In this document: positions 43,342 to 57,700 of the stretch, in pieces | Numbering within the stretch: position 1 is the first letter of the stretch | Layout of the letters: every line of letters begins with the position of its first letter | Source: Vermamoeba vermiformis | Taxonomy: Eukaryota | Direction of reading: 5' to 3' | Assembly (NCBI GenBank): GCA_045837725.1 | Contig: JBEWZL010000011.1 | Location: forward strand, 62,001-126,000 | DNA: 64,000 nt | Notes under the pieces: model-generated | The model's input: only the letters and a program-made list of their open reading frames with translations | Databases searched by the model: none | Told to the model about the DNA's origin: nothing | Translations under genes and position numbers: made by a program

Positions 43342-45853
43342 TTAGCTAGATTCCTCAGCTAGATAATCTTTAAACACACGTCCTTCGGGCAATGTCAAGT
43401 CAACGACAATGTCCATGCCACCCAACACTCGCTTCACTGGCAAGTCAGCCACTGGTGCGTTAGCGTGAGGAATCAATTCCAAACGAGCAGGTCCTATTAA
43501 TCACCGGTTAATATTCGATTTAGTTTCAGGAGTAAAGTTTTTGCGTACCTTCCCATGCGCTATGTACTCGGATCTTGGAGTGTTCCAAAACGACCTAATG
43601 AACGGTGTATTTAGTAAGGACTCGTATATACGTAGAAGGTGTCTAGTACTTACCAATTGCGCAATTTCAGCATCACCGCGGACGTTAGGAATCAACTTGA
43701 GATTGATGTGAGGAGTGGTCATCCAACTGACAGCTTGGTTAATGTCCACGGCCTTGTGCTTGTACGGCATGGTTCCTGATGCTACCTATAATAAACAATA
43801 TTAGCTGCAAGCACGATAAAATGCCGATGTAAAATTATTCAGAAATTCTTTCTCGCCTCACAAAAACAGCCAGAACCACTTCTGATCCGTGTTTTATGAA
43901 CGCTTATTAAAGCTACCATGAACATTTTTGCTAATTCATATGATGTAAATGCACTGTACTTGCCTTCAACTGAGCGTAGTTCAAGTGACCGTTGATCGTG
44001 TCCTTGTTGACTTCGAAGATCGGATCTCCGAACTTGTGAGGCTCACCCCACACTTCACGACCAGCTGTAATGGCAGCTACAATAGTAGTCGATTAATATA
44101 TGCTATATTATGTAAATAGGTGTCGGCTGCAATGTACCTGAGCTGTTTACGAATGAATAGACGCCAAAGTTGTAAGCGTTTCCGTGCTCGTCTTCGCAAG
44201 GAATGAACATTTCAAATTTGCTGTAGTTGCCGAGACCGGTGCCGTGAGTGTTGATCCATTGGGCCACAACGATATTTTCCTTATTGGCGTACAAGCAGTC
44301 AGGCAAAAAGCTACACAAAAACATCTTAGGTCTCGCATCGTGAAGAGAAGTCATTTCCTTTTTAGGAAATGGATATCACGTGACATACTTGCGAAGGGCT
44401 TCAGGATCAGTCTCGTATTTGATAATGAAGTATTCTCGGTTGTTCAAGCTCACAGGACCCTTGCCGTAGCTAGCAGCAGGTGCGGGCATAGCGCACATGT
44501 TGAGAATTTTTTCACGAGACAAACGACCAGGTTCAGACTTGAAGACCTTGCCTGAGTCTCGCTCGACAATGTAGTCGTGGAGCACTTGACCATAAGGCAA
44601 AGTGATATCAGCTAAGAAATGTTTGCCGCCTAAAACATACGACAGCGCGTTAGATCCGGATCCAAAGATCGTTGAAAGTCTAAGGAATTCTTTGATTATA
44701 ATACACACCAAGAACTTTTTTGACGGGCAAATCAGCAGCAGGAGCATTAATGTGAGGCAACAAGTGCAATCTGGCTTGTGATTGCCAAGCTCCTTTCAAA
44801 CGAATGTTCGTCAAGTTGTAGCTAACAAGACGAGCGATCTAAAAAATATTAGAATTTCAATAAATTTGATAAATTATTCAACGTACTTTAGGCTTCCAGT
44901 TGACATCAGGAATGACCTTCAAATTGACTTGAGTCTTCGATAATGAATTCAAAGCCTCTTGTTCGGGAATAGGCTCGTTCTTATAAGTCATAGTACCAAC
45001 GGCGACTTCTTGATCCGCGTACCTGAGAATGACACGTGTCAACAAATGTCACAATTTATTTTTCACGGACGCGTTCAATTTTGTTTTAAATATCGGATAT
45101 TATGGTAATAATAATAAAACTTATATGAGCTTACTTAAGAGTACCAAAAATCGTGTCGCTATGAACGCCAAAGACGGGCTTGGCATATTTTTTAGGGAAA
45201 CCCCAGATCTCTCGACCAGCAGCAATAGGAGGCTCGCTAATAAGTATAATATAAGTACACTAATATGAACACATTTTTTAAAAGTCTGAAATTGTAAAAA
45301 TCTCGTTGTTTGAACGATTAGCTCAGAAAATTTACGGTGAATAAATTTGTGATTGAAATTAAACAAATGATTTACAGCTTATATCTGCCTTAAATGTATA
45401 TATAATGATATATATGACTTACCAATCCAAAAACATTTGAGCTGTATAGTTGACAGGTTTGCCCTCATAAGTGCACGGAATAACGGTTCCGGATTCAGTA
45501 TAGGCGCCGAAACCAGTCGAATCAGGCATATTAATCCATTCATATAGAACAATGTTGTCCTTATTAGGTTCTAATGGCTCAGGCACGGCAGCGCGAAGAG
45601 CGGCGGGATCTGTCTCGTACGAAATGATGAAGTATTCCCTGTTGATGAAGGTGTAGGGGCCATGAGGATATGATGGCGAGAAAATAGGCGTAGAAGGAGA
45701 TTTCACTATCTGCTCCTTGGTGACGCGACCCTTTCTAGCGGATTTGCCGTTCGAAACATTTCGGGATTGAATCCATAATGTTGGCAAACTGGCTTGAGAC
45801 TTCTTTAATATAATAGAAGAAGTTACTAACTTGGTAGTTAATTGCTTGAACAT
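43342..45853 (-). CDS. adc: Acetoacetate decarboxylase-family protein with two tandem ADC domains and a mitochondrial-type presequence
   Basis: Domain 1: [48 protein letters not shown]. Domain 2: [43 protein letters not shown]. Stop at 43342. Confidence 0.88.
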
Positions 45854-46122
45854 TTTGCTGCTGATCCGTCAGGCTAAAATAAAACAAATGGCGTTTAAAC
45901 TTGACATTAATTTTGTTCGACTGAGACTTTTAGACCTGGTGTGTTTCCTTTTTAAGACATTGAGAATTCGAAACGACAAGATTCTGACCGAATTAAACAA
46001 ATATAATTATCGATATCAAGACTTACATCCAAGATCAAGCTTTTTATCCGCGACTAGATCCACTTCCGGTGCTCAGATCTACAAACAAATTCTTCCGATA
46101 TTATTTTCTTCTCATATCTCTT

Positions 46123-49100
46123 TCAATCTTCGATATTCAAAGCAGTCACCTCAGATCTAGCCAAGATCTTCTCAATCCAGTTCGCATCTTCGTGAATGGT
46201 TGGAGTTTCTCTTCGCAAAGCCATGTACTCGTGCCGCTGCTCTAGAATCTTACATCTATCCTCCACACAGTTCATAATCAGCGTCCAATCACGTGCTTTG
46301 TCGATTGAAACGAGGTGGTAGCGCAAAAGACGCAAATCCGTTGGTGCAGGCATGATGGTTTTCAAGTGACCAATCATTTCATATGCGTTGCCAATAGCCG
46401 TTAGATATATCTTCATACTCATGCTTACGCGGCCAATAGCTCCAATGCCTGCTCTCGTAGAACCAGTCAACTTCTCTTTTTGTCGGATCCTCTTTTCTAT
46501 GACTTCAATATACATATGTCGAGCAGTGGAAGGAAGCGGAGTTAAGTCGGGTATTTCGGTCGTCATCATCTTACACAGGTGTCTTTCTTTAGGCGGTGCG
46601 CTAAGTACACTCGCTATGGCAATGTCCCAAAGTCCTACGTACACAAGGGTTGGTTAATGTACCTCAGAACATATCGCTTATTTAAAGGTGATATCGCTCA
46701 GCTTCGTAAGCAGACTTACGTTTGTAAACTAAAACTTTGAACAATGTAAGAGGTCTCGGTGTTTCAGGCTGAAATAAGAGAAATCGTTCGAGCACAATGT
46801 TCTGCAACCAAACGCATCCGTTATCAGCTAGCCTAACGAAATCTTCGTATATGGGATCTCTGAGGCAATTAAAGGCCTCTGTAAAGGGAAAGTTCGTTCG
46901 GATCGTTCTGCGGAGTTTCTATTGTGAAGGTCAGATTGATGGTCGTAAGATTCGAACGACGGGCTCATTTACCTCGCACTTTTCTTTGATGCTGTGAAAG
47001 TATTGTGTTCTAGTATACATCAGTAGGTAGTATAGTACGAAGCGCGTCACGAAGTCCCGTTTGACACCTTCTGACAGCTTCAGATCCATGTAGGCCATTG
47101 GATTGCCCGCAACAATCGAGACATACTTCCAACCTGCTTCGTTGAACAACGACATCTCGTTAATGTCCCGCAGAGGACTTGCCTGGTTATGCCATATTAG
47201 GAACTTTAGATTTTTAATTGGTGAGATTTCTTACTGCCAAAGTGAGCATGTGCGTGACGAACCGTTGATGAAGTTCGTTCTCCCAATCTTCTATTTGCAC
47301 CGTTCGCTTCTTCGGATATCTGTTCTTGTAGAACTCGCCCATGGCACAGCACAGCATTAAACTTTCGAAATCCTGGTCGTGGTTTCTGAGACGTTTTGCT
47401 AGCCAAAGGTATTGCACTTGTCTTTCTACTGTGAGTTTCGCCTTCGGTGAACAGATGTCAAGTAGCTCGTCGTGAGTCTATAAGAACATTAGTCATGCGC
47501 CCGGTGATAATGGCACAGTTGCGGGTACTTACCAAAGGATAAACTCGTTCTTTTTTAGTGAATACATATTTCCACATTGCACTAGCGATCTTCAAATAAG
47601 GCTTTCGGTGGCAACGTACAAACGTACGCAGAATTGAATCGACCTGATTTTGGTCCAATCTCAAGCCGACCTCCTTCAAAAACAACGCCCAAGAATGACT
47701 AGCCAAGGTTATTAGAATTCACGCGACTTTTATGAACTTACGCTATTCGATCCAGGAACGATGTATGTGAAATTCGGCTGACAAATATTTGACCCAGGTC
47801 ATTCGTGTGATCAGTGAAGTAAAGCAGTTGCTCTAACGCGCCACTGTATTGCTTGGTCCCCGCTCTTCTTTTTTGAGTGTGACCCTTTGATTGCAATTCT
47901 TCGACCAATGCCTCAATTTTGTGCAGCATGTCCATAAAGTCTCGCCAATCCCCAGGAACCGCGCGCTAACAAATAATTACTATTAGCCACCCACTGACTT
48001 GATCATCGATGCTGTAACTTACTTCAAACTCATCATCATCGATGTTTATGATTGTCTTCTTCTGCTTCAGATTGAAGGTCAATTGAATCATCGTCACCAA
48101 GACCTCCCTCAGCTGCACCTTCGTTCTCCTCCGTTGATTTGGCAACACCATCACTGCATTTATCCCCGTCCATTGCACTCTCGCTGTCTTGCTGGGATAG
48201 ACTCTCGTCGATAATACGTGGCTTTTTAGCTCTGCTTCGAGTACGTTTTGGCTCCTCTCTGCCATCTGATTCTTCGTCGCTCATCACCTCGCGCTTTCTC
48301 TTGTTTCTAACTCGCCGCTTGCTAGTTCGATTCGCCTCTTCATCACTAATCGATATGTTGCCCAATCCCGTTTCTTGTTCGTCACTGATATCTGCTTCTT
48401 TCCCTCGAGATCTGGCCGATGACCTGGTCGCGTACTTGCGTCCTCGAGACTTCTGGACAGGCGTTAGATCGTCAAAATCGCTCTGTTCTGACTCTTTGAG
48501 TTGATCTATATCATGCATCTCGGACTCGTGCATTTCTCCTTCACTCATGTCAACGTCGCTTGCGCCAGCCTTTGCGTCTGCCTCGTCATTGCCTGGTGCG
48601 AAGCTCGCGTCACTTTCAGAACTAGAGTACTCCCCATACTCTTCCTCTTGCTCGCCTTCGTCATTCTCTACATTTGACAACTCATTGACATGGTCATATT
48701 CGTCGCTTTGTTCATCAGATCCACGCATTAAACGGGAGTGCTTTGCGTCCAGTTTTTCAGGCAAGGCATTGTTCTCGTAATCTTGAAGATGAGATTCGAA
48801 CTTCTTTGTACGTCTAGAGCGTCTTTGAGGGCGTTCTTGAGGCACTGTTTCCTCGTATTCATTGCTGGGGCTTGATCTACGTTTACCAAAAGGATCGGGT
48901 TTGAATTTACCGGAAAGAATACTTGATATATCAACATCTTCCTCGTCATAAAATATTTCTTCATCAGATACCGATCCATCCACGTCTTTCTTCTCAGGTT
49001 GCGCGTTGGATCTCAGGCGTTTTCTTGGTGAAACGAAATCTTGCTCATCTTCATTTAATTCTTCGAGTAAATCATTTTCAATTTCGCCCTCGTCGCTTGA

Positions 49101-49136
49101 ATGCGACTCCTCTGAAGCCACAACTCGCCTCTTCAT
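46123..49136 (-). CDS. Hypothetical, probably nuclear protein: ~370-aa acidic/basic disordered N-terminus and a multi-exon helical C-terminal region
   Basis: A 366-aa D/E/S/R-rich ORF with basic NLS-like clusters is followed by co-oriented exons with GT-AG junctions down to 46123. No family recognised. Confidence 0.6.
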
Positions 49137-49526
49137 TGTCTAAAATAAAATAAATAATTAGTTTAATTAAGTTGTCGCATCATAATTGATTCTCTTGATA
49201 AGGGTATTATTGTAAATATGTATTTGATTTTTATTCTCGAAATTAGCCCTTCAGTGTCACAAAAACAAGTGCATCTGTTTCCGAAGTATACTTACACGTA
49301 AGTATACTGACTAAGATGAGCGTATGTGTATCACATGAGCTCTGTTGTCAACGATTTAAAGCCTTTTGAACTGAAGACACAACCCCAAAAAGCAGGCGTG
49401 TCTTCAACGAATTGTAAATACTTGGAATAATGGTTATTACTTCGACTTTAATATTTACATATTTACAATACTATATAATTTAATGCATTGTCACAGATCG
49501 CAACAACGACGAAGGCTTGGGTAAGA

Positions 49527-50708
49527 TTACATGAGCATTTGGATCGTGGAGAATTCCTCGAGGGACATGGGAGGAAGACCGCTTTGCTTGATTACTGCAG
49601 AAACGTTAGCAAGTTGCAGAATACAGCTAATAGTAAGCGTTCTTACCTTGTCTATAGGCCAAGTAATCGTCCAAAATTACTCTGTATTCCTCTTTGCAAG
49701 AGTCTCTCAACTGGATCGTTGAAGGAGTCTCGTGGACCGCATTACTGTACTGCGGCATTGATGGCTTGATGGGTGTAGCGAAGACGTCAGCCTCTTCGGC
49801 AACGTCGTGGCTGTCTTGAGGTTGTACAAATTCATGGAACAAGAAGTCCGCCAGATCTGCGTCTAGATCGAGGTTGTCAGCAAAAAAAAACTTGCGCAAA
49901 AATGAACAAACTTACCTGCTGCCTTTTTGGCAGGTTCCTTCTTGGCAGGAGCCGCTTTCTTCGCGCGACTTGCCTTAGTTGCTGCCTTGGCTTGGGTCGG
50001 AGCCTTGGCAGTTGTGTTTTTCTTGGGTTGTGCCGCGCTTGGAGGCATACGGCCTGGCGTTGAGGTAGGAGGCAAGATCTCATCCTGGCTCGAGGCCAAT
50101 GGTGCTGATTTGAAGAATTGCTCGGGAGCTGGAAGATCGTCTTCAATGATGCTATGAGGTGGAGACTCGGGAGCGAATTGTGCAGGCAAGGGTTCAATGT
50201 CAAGATCGAGCATGTTTGAATCGATTGTCGCGTTACTTCTAATACTCTCGCTTACGGATCGTAGAGCTTTGAATATAGATAAGTCTTCAGGCTCGATTTG
50301 TTTCTTCTTTGCTTCAGCTGGTTCAGCCTCGCTTTCTACAAACTGAAACTCATCGACCTGGGCAAAGGCTTTGCTCTTCTCTTCCAAAAATTTATTGAGG
50401 CCACGGTCCTGTCGCGACAATATATATTTAATATTGCCTCTGTTTACTCTACTGTCGAAGTTGCTTACCTCTGTGACCTTTTTTTTCTTTGGCTTCTCAT
50501 CCGGTGACACGGGTTTTTTAACGACTGTCTTCTTTGGTTGTAATGCTGTGTTGCGTGTTCGAGTAGGCTTCTTCGAGTTAATTACTGCATCAATGTTCTC
50601 TTTATTGCTAGAGTCTTTGGCCTTTGTTAAGAAAGAAGCTGTCGATAGTAATGAGATCGTCGATGGGATCGCTGCCTTCTTCTTCCTTGCGTACGTTGCT
50701 ATCGACAT
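49527..50708 (-). CDS. Disordered basic protein with TYAR motif, KEN box and Sororin-like FxxVDxFxxxE motif (candidate cohesin regulator)
   Basis: MSIATYARKK, NKENID and EEKSKAFAQVDEFQFVE in exon 1; two more exons end ...FSTIQMLM* at 49527. The gene model is clearer than the functional call. Confidence 0.55.
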
Positions 50709-50979
50709 ATTTAAATATTTCTATGTGTGCTTCCTTTTATGGAACATTGAAAAAATGACAAAAGGATCGTTCCAGTGCACAAATGGTAAAAACTCAAAAG
50801 GGCGGGAAAAATAGTAACGGTAACTTACCTGAAAAGGAAAAAGAGTTCCCGCCCGCCTAAACAACGTCGTCGCGCCTTCGGATTAGCGTTATTTTATTGT
50901 ATTTACAATTGTTTCGATCATAGAATTACAAAATTCGCTTATGTAGCTCGAGCGTTGGACGGATTGGCCACGACCCAAT

Positions 50980-53900
50980 CTATTTGGGCGCTTCTCCAAA
51001 CATCATAGAGAAATTTTCTATTAGACATTGTACAATCCTAGAAAATAGAATTAGTAAGACTCTTTGGATTATACACGGTCTTGAAGTCGCAGAGCACGAG
51101 ATGCGTACCTGTTTACTCGAGTAATAGCAACTGAAGCTTCTGCGCTCTGATTGTCGAATTGAGGCTTAAGAATATTTGACGCAAACACGATAGCCAAGTT
51201 TTGTGACCCCATTTGATTTACAGCTTCGTGGGCCATGACCTACAGAAATACGGTAAGATTCGATCCTTCCGTGCCATCATTTGTACGGGCAGCATACCTT
51301 CGTTAAAAATTCAATCAAAAATCGCAAAATTTTAAGATTTTCTGACGGTAGTTGATGAACTAAAGCTTTCAGTTTTTGCTCGGTCGCATCCAAATCCAAA
51401 TTCTCTCCTGTTGAACCGCATATTAGGATTGATTTATGACTTGACTAATGATCGCTAAGCATTAACTTCAACGTACCAGCTACTTTCATAAATTCAGGAT
51501 ACAGAGAGGCAGGCATTACTGAATCCGGCATTTCTCTGAAGAACTCTTTCAACAAGCCAGCAACGGTGTGAGGACCGAACTCAGCCAAATTCACTGTTGC
51601 GCCTTGACCTAGGGGACGCACACTCGTTAGTTAGAAGTTCGAGGCTCGACAGACGAAGAGCGAGGACGCGTACCTTTGTCGAAAACAGCCTTCAAGTCCT
51701 TGACGTGCTGCTGATTGCCGCTAACACGGAAAATACCTTCCAGCTTAGAATTGTCGCCTTGTAGAATGTAATCTGTGGCCATTTGAACGATTTGAGGAAT
51801 ACCGTTGATCGTGTCTTCGCGCTTGACCAGATCGGCAATATCGACACCGAAGACTATGAAAAGAGTTAGCCAAGGACAAAATCAAGTAGAATTCGCGTCT
51901 TTTATACCTTTTCCTTCATTGTTCCACTTTTGAATGGCTCTGTTTAACAGCTGCATAAATTCTTTTCGTTTCGCCGTGTTGGCCAATTGCAGGGTGCCAA
52001 TCGACTTTCCTGCTTGGAGGAAGTCAACGCCGTCTGCGAAGATGTTAGTAAGTGCCACTGTTGTTAATACGGTATGTAGGGTAGGCGTACCTGAGTCGAC
52101 TTCTTTGACCGTAAGGTCTTTAAACTCAGCAGCATATCGTACTTTAAACGTGTCATCGTCTTTGTTCTTGGAAGTCACTAACAACAGGTCATTGAAAATG
52201 AAATAGTGGCGGGACTCTTTCTTCTTTTCAGTTGCATCGCCTTCTGAAATAAGCTTCCTGTTGGCCGTGGCAGTGCTCAACTATTGCAAGGTCAGTGCAT
52301 GTCCTAAAGTAGAACATACAACGTTGCTCTTACCAAGTTGTAGCCAACTAATTTCCTGTTTAATTCTTGCAAGGCCGCTCTGTCGGCAGATCTATCGAAG
52401 GCCTTGCCAACGATAGCCTCCATCTTTTTCAGGAAAGCAAGTGCCTCGACATCCTGTTGCAAGCTCTTTGTGAAGCGCATGTGAGGTGTTCGGTTACCGA
52501 AGCACGTGTCGAGATCAATGGACGGAGTGGCGTCAATCATGCCCTAATCAACTATGAGTTGCATCCTCAAGACAAGTTAGGCGAGTGACATACCGATAAG
52601 AATTTAATATAGCGCGAAATTTGTCTCGCGGGTGCACGCAGTAAATCGGCAAGTTCACCTTCAGCTTCTTTAGCAGTCTTGGTCAAGAACTCATTCAACC
52701 ACGTGCTCTCGTTGCGACAGCGATTCAAAGTGTCGACTGAAAGCTTCAGGTTTTGTACATAAAGCTCGTAAACTTGGAATTTGGGACCCTACATTTATCA
52801 TTAAGATGCGTTTGAACGCTCGGTGAGTGCTGTTCGATCTTACCAATGCCAAGAAGGACTCTCCCAGACCGAAGATGTTAGGGTATTGTGTGAACAGACT
52901 TTCCAAGTCAACAATCAGGGCTTTATGCAGCTCAACCAATTCTTCCATGCCAGTGTAAATACATTGTACGTCTTCGAGTGATAATTGCTTTGATTGGTTG
53001 GTCTTCGCTCTGGCGACCATTGGTTTCATGTAGAACTGTCGAGACGTTTAGTTACAGTTCATACTTAAGAGCAACAGGTACTCACCTCGTAGACGTTAGT
53101 CAATTGCTTAGTATATAGTCTCTCAGCGCGCAACAAGTTGACAAATTGCTCGTTTCGTTCTTTCATCGCGCGGTATATTTTTGTCTTGCTCATCATGTCG
53201 TACGCTCGAATATGTGCTTGAATGACCGTGGCTGCTTGGGATCGCTCAATTACTTTAATTTCGTTCTGCGCCATGGTAGCGATTTGGCTCTGCAATAACG
53301 AGCGTAAGAATAAAATTTAAACTTCCGACCCAATAAAGTGAGGTTATACCAATTTGGCAATTTTCTCTTGTCCATCTAACTTGATCAAGTCCTTAGATTT
53401 TTCATCGACCATTTGTACAAAGGCAATTTGCTTCGCGGGATCCATTCCGTAGAGTACCAGAACGGCTTTAAGCATCATTGGCAAGGCATTTTCGTCGCCC
53501 TTGTAATAATATTAGAGCCGAGCGCCATATATTATCGTTTACTTACTAAGAGCTCTTTTTGTTGTTGTTTTGATTTTAATTGTTCGAAGAGCATTGAACT
53601 CTTAAAACTGCCGCTTGACGAACTAAAATAATAATAATACTTTAGTAATCTGCTAATTGTGATTTTTGCTGAACATGTTAAATAATGCATTTCTCAAAGC
53701 GTTTTAGTGGTGATCGGTTTTCACACAATCTGGATTGGAAATTTGCTTACCTTTGTAGTTTCTCCTTCTCTTTATCTCGTCCCGTAAGCCCCAGCGAGTG
53801 CCGCCATTTTTTCTGTAAGTTATAAGGTGGGTTAATTTTGTTTAATTAATGCCGCAGCCGTCTACAAATTTTTAAATCTCGTGTTGGAGAATTTCAAAAA

Positions 53901-54219
53901 TTAATTTAAAATGAGGGCTAATTACCTTCTTATCTTTGACAGTGGCATAGCCTGATTCTAAATTCAAACCGAGACTTCCCGTGCTACTGGAAGGAGTTGG
54001 ACCGGCAGACATTGCGGGTGAGCCAATATTTAATTGCGAGTTCGAATGGGCTAGTTTTTTCCCAGGTGCTTCCATAGACATTGAAATAGAATCTTCTTCT
54101 TCTTCATTAAATGAATCACGTCGGCTTCGTGATGGCTGCGGAGAACCACCAATAATGGCCAGCGACATCCGCCGACTTTTCTTGTCCTTTAAATTCGGAG
54201 TAGAAGGTGTCGATGACAT
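50980..54219 (-). CDS. IQ - RhoGEF (DH) - PH - RhoGAP protein
   Basis: IQ: AATVIQAHIRAY. DH: LLRAERLYTKQL, MEELVELHKALI. PH: RHYFIFNDLLLVT. RhoGAP: VFGVDI, EGIFRVSG, AGLLKEFFREMP, NQMGSQNLAIVFA. Confidence 0.9.
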
Positions 54220-54766
54220 CGAATAAATTTGTCAAGGCCTTCTCCTTGTTGTGCGTTTGCTCTAATAATTATGAACAAAATAGCGGTTGGAAATTTTATC
54301 CGTTGTGAGCTTATCTCCCGTGTATCTCCCAGGAGTAGGATGCCTCGCGAACTCGAATTCGCTAATAAAACTGTTCAGTTTGTACTCGTATCAATGTATC
54401 AACCGAGTATTGCGCAAAAAACAGTCTTGTAACGACTTGTAGCGAAGTTCGGTGCAGATCGAGTTAATCCCGGCAAACTTCCCCACCGTATAATATGCAA
54501 CTGTCTTATTATTGTGTGTTTCTAGCAGCTTTACTGATTGCATGCAGGTTCTACAGGGCGCTGTAGATCTTTTTGCGCATCTTTGTTAGATCTTTGTTGG
54601 CCTGACACACCTCGGTTGTAAATCAAGTTATGGTTATAACTAATCGTGAAAAATAATAATTTTAAAGAGCGTTTGTGTTAGTGTTCGGCAGAAGGTGCAA
54701 CGTGCAGAAAAAGGCTGCGTGCCAAAACAGACATCTGTTTTTTGCTTCAAGTGAGTGCACCATACA

Positions 54767-57700
54767 ATGCGCACGACGTTAGTTACATTCGTCGGCCTCG
54801 CGCTGTTCTGCCTCGCGCTGCCTGCGATCTGGGCTACTGATTCCGCATCAACAACTCTTGCGGGTGATAACAAAGCAGTAAATGTAGTCCTGCGCACAAA
54901 ATGGTCAAATTCGCCATTGCATTTGGATGCTAGGTAAATAGTTATTAGAGCAATCAAATTCTGATCATCCAAAACCAATTTAATAACCAGCGTTCAAAAA
55001 TATCCTAATATTTAGAAATTATTCGTAATATTATTCTGTAATATTTTTTCTTTGATATGCACGTTAATTAAACAAAGAAAATCTTCTGCTTGCGTGGCAT
55101 CTAAGATCCACGTCACCTCCTTCTTAATTTCTGAAACTTCTAATAACATTAATATTTTAGCGAGTATTTGTTCAAAGAATCTCCTCAACAATTCTGGAGT
55201 TATGTCGACAATTTGGGTATTGTTTCCGGATCTGACAAGGTAAAAAATCAATTCCAAGCTACTACTATGAGCTAGTATTCATCGTATTATAATCAATATA
55301 GGAACAATACGACAAAATCATTAAGACTATTGTCGATAACAAGCTGTTGAGCAATGGAAAGTTGAAGCACTTGGAAATGGGCTTGTCTCTGCACTACTTC
55401 AACCCTGCCGTAAGTATCTCCCTCTTTATAATGGCCTAAATAGTTGCCACAGCAGTTGTCTGTGCCCGTATTTTGTAGTACCAAGTGAATGACAGATATT
55501 TTTCTGCAGGTTGCTATGTATCAAAAATTGATTGAAGATGAAGTCAAGCGATTGGCTGACGACCAAAAGACAATTCTAAAGGTAATAATCACTCGTGTGA
55601 TTTGATAATTTAATATATGCAGAATTATTCCGCTGTATGCATGAAGTTTAATAATACCGTCTTGTCAATTTAGGGTTGCAAAGCTTGGGTTCAAATTGGA
55701 AGCAAAGTCACTTGCGACTTAAAGACCCTCGAGGAATTCATTAAGACGACTCAAGATGACGACACAGTGGTGACTTACGACTTCGATCACGTGACTGGAA
55801 ATCGCGCAGCTGTCCAAGTAGTCTTGTACGCTGAGCTGGGCACGAAAGAATTCGTTGAGGCTCACAAGGTCTTGTCAGCTAAGGCTAAGAGCGACGAGAT
55901 CAAGTACATCTTCAGACACTTTATGACTGAAGAGACCGTCAAGAAGATTGGTCCCTTGAACTTGCAAGGCTACGGCGTTGAGTTGGCGTTGAAGAACGTC
56001 GAATACAAAGTGATCGATGACAGCAACAAGGACCAAAAAGACGAGGCTGAGCAAAAGAAAGAAGAGCCCGCGAAGGAAGAGGATAACACCCCCGTCGAAG
56101 GTACACTAATTATATTGCTATAAGCCGTGATGTTAACACTATACAGGCTTTGACTTCGCTACCCTCAAGAAGCGCTACCCCGACTTGTCCGTTGAATTGT
56201 CGCAGTTCAGATCTTCTTTGACTCACGATGACGAGACTGACTTCGCTCAATTGAAGAGCGCAGAGTTAAAAGATATGGCCATCAAGGCTGCTCAAAAGAT
56301 TATTGACTCTCAAGAGCCTTTGCACGTCTTGCGTGACATAGCTTCTAACTTGCCGTCATTGGCCAAGTCGATTATCAAGCAGCCCGCTGTTACTACTCCT
56401 CACAAGTCTATCAAGACCAATATGATCAATTTGGGTGCTGTAAGTATTTTAACTATTCGATTGAATATCGCTAATCAATTCGCAATAGGAAAACAACGTT
56501 CTCTTGATTAACGGCAAACAACTTGATTTAGAAGAGTCGAGCATCTTTAGGTATGGGAATAACGTATTATAGAAGCCTTACTCACTGATTTTATAGCATC
56601 TTCGATGTTTTGTCAAATGAAATCGAGAAGTTCGATCAAATGAAGCAGTTGCACATGAAGAGCAAAGACGTTTTCGAGATTTTGACCAACGCCAATGCCC
56701 CTGGCAACAATGCAGTCAGAATCAAGATGACTCCCGACAACGTGTTTTTCGTTAATGACTTGGAGACCGATCAACGTTACTCTAGATGGCCCAAGGACGT
56801 CGAGTCATTCAACGCTCCTTCAATGTACCCTGGCTCTCCTCCATACGTTGCTAAGAACTTCTACACTACGGTCCTGTTGATCGACCCTACTCGTGTCACT
56901 GACCTCGAGATTACCACTCAAGTCATCAGCGCTGTTTTCCAAAACTTCCCTATTCGCGTTGGCCTTTTGTTCTACAACAGCGACGCTGAGAACGAAGCAG
57001 CTTTCAACGCATTTGTTCGTGCTGCTTACCACTTGAAGAAAATCGGCATCACCAGCTTCATGCAATTCCTTCAAGGAGTACGTTACATTATTTAATTATT
57101 TTTTAGGCACGTTCTAATGTATTTAATAGACTTTCATGGCTGCTCGCAGCAGTGCAGTCGGTTCTCACTTCACAATTGGACACTTCGCGGCTGGATTTAA
57201 CCGTGCCAACGCTGGTCAATTTGCTTCTGTTATTGCCAGTACTGAACACGATCAAGCTATTGAGGACATGAAGAAATTCATCGACGAGAAGAAGATCACC
57301 GGCTTCAAGGTGTTCTTGAACGGTTTCCTGGTTGCCACTTCCTCTGATCAAGTAAGTGACACGTGGCTACGACAAAGGCGTCCGTATTTCTTACGCTTTT
57401 CTATTAGTCCATGAACAATCTTCAACGCGGATTTGGTGAACAACAACCTCTCATCGCTGCAATGATTGCTGATGGTCGTCTCACTGACAAGTCTGATGTC
57501 TATGCGTACGTATTAAGGAGATATTAAATAGTGCTTGGCTAATATCTAACAGCGAATTGTTGAACGATCCATCTGTTTTCGAGCGATTCAGCCCTTACGT
57601 TTTCACCTCCACTGAGCAGCCTTTGCAAAGTGTTGCAATTCACAAGGGAATTGGCAAAGATGTTATCAAGAACGTTCCTTTATTGGTCAACGATAAGGGT

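Noticed and set aside
42197-45853. SDR plus Adc as a ketone-body pathway pair
   Set aside because: The SDR shows only generic classical motifs and nothing specific for 3-hydroxybutyrate dehydrogenase; adjacency alone is insufficient.
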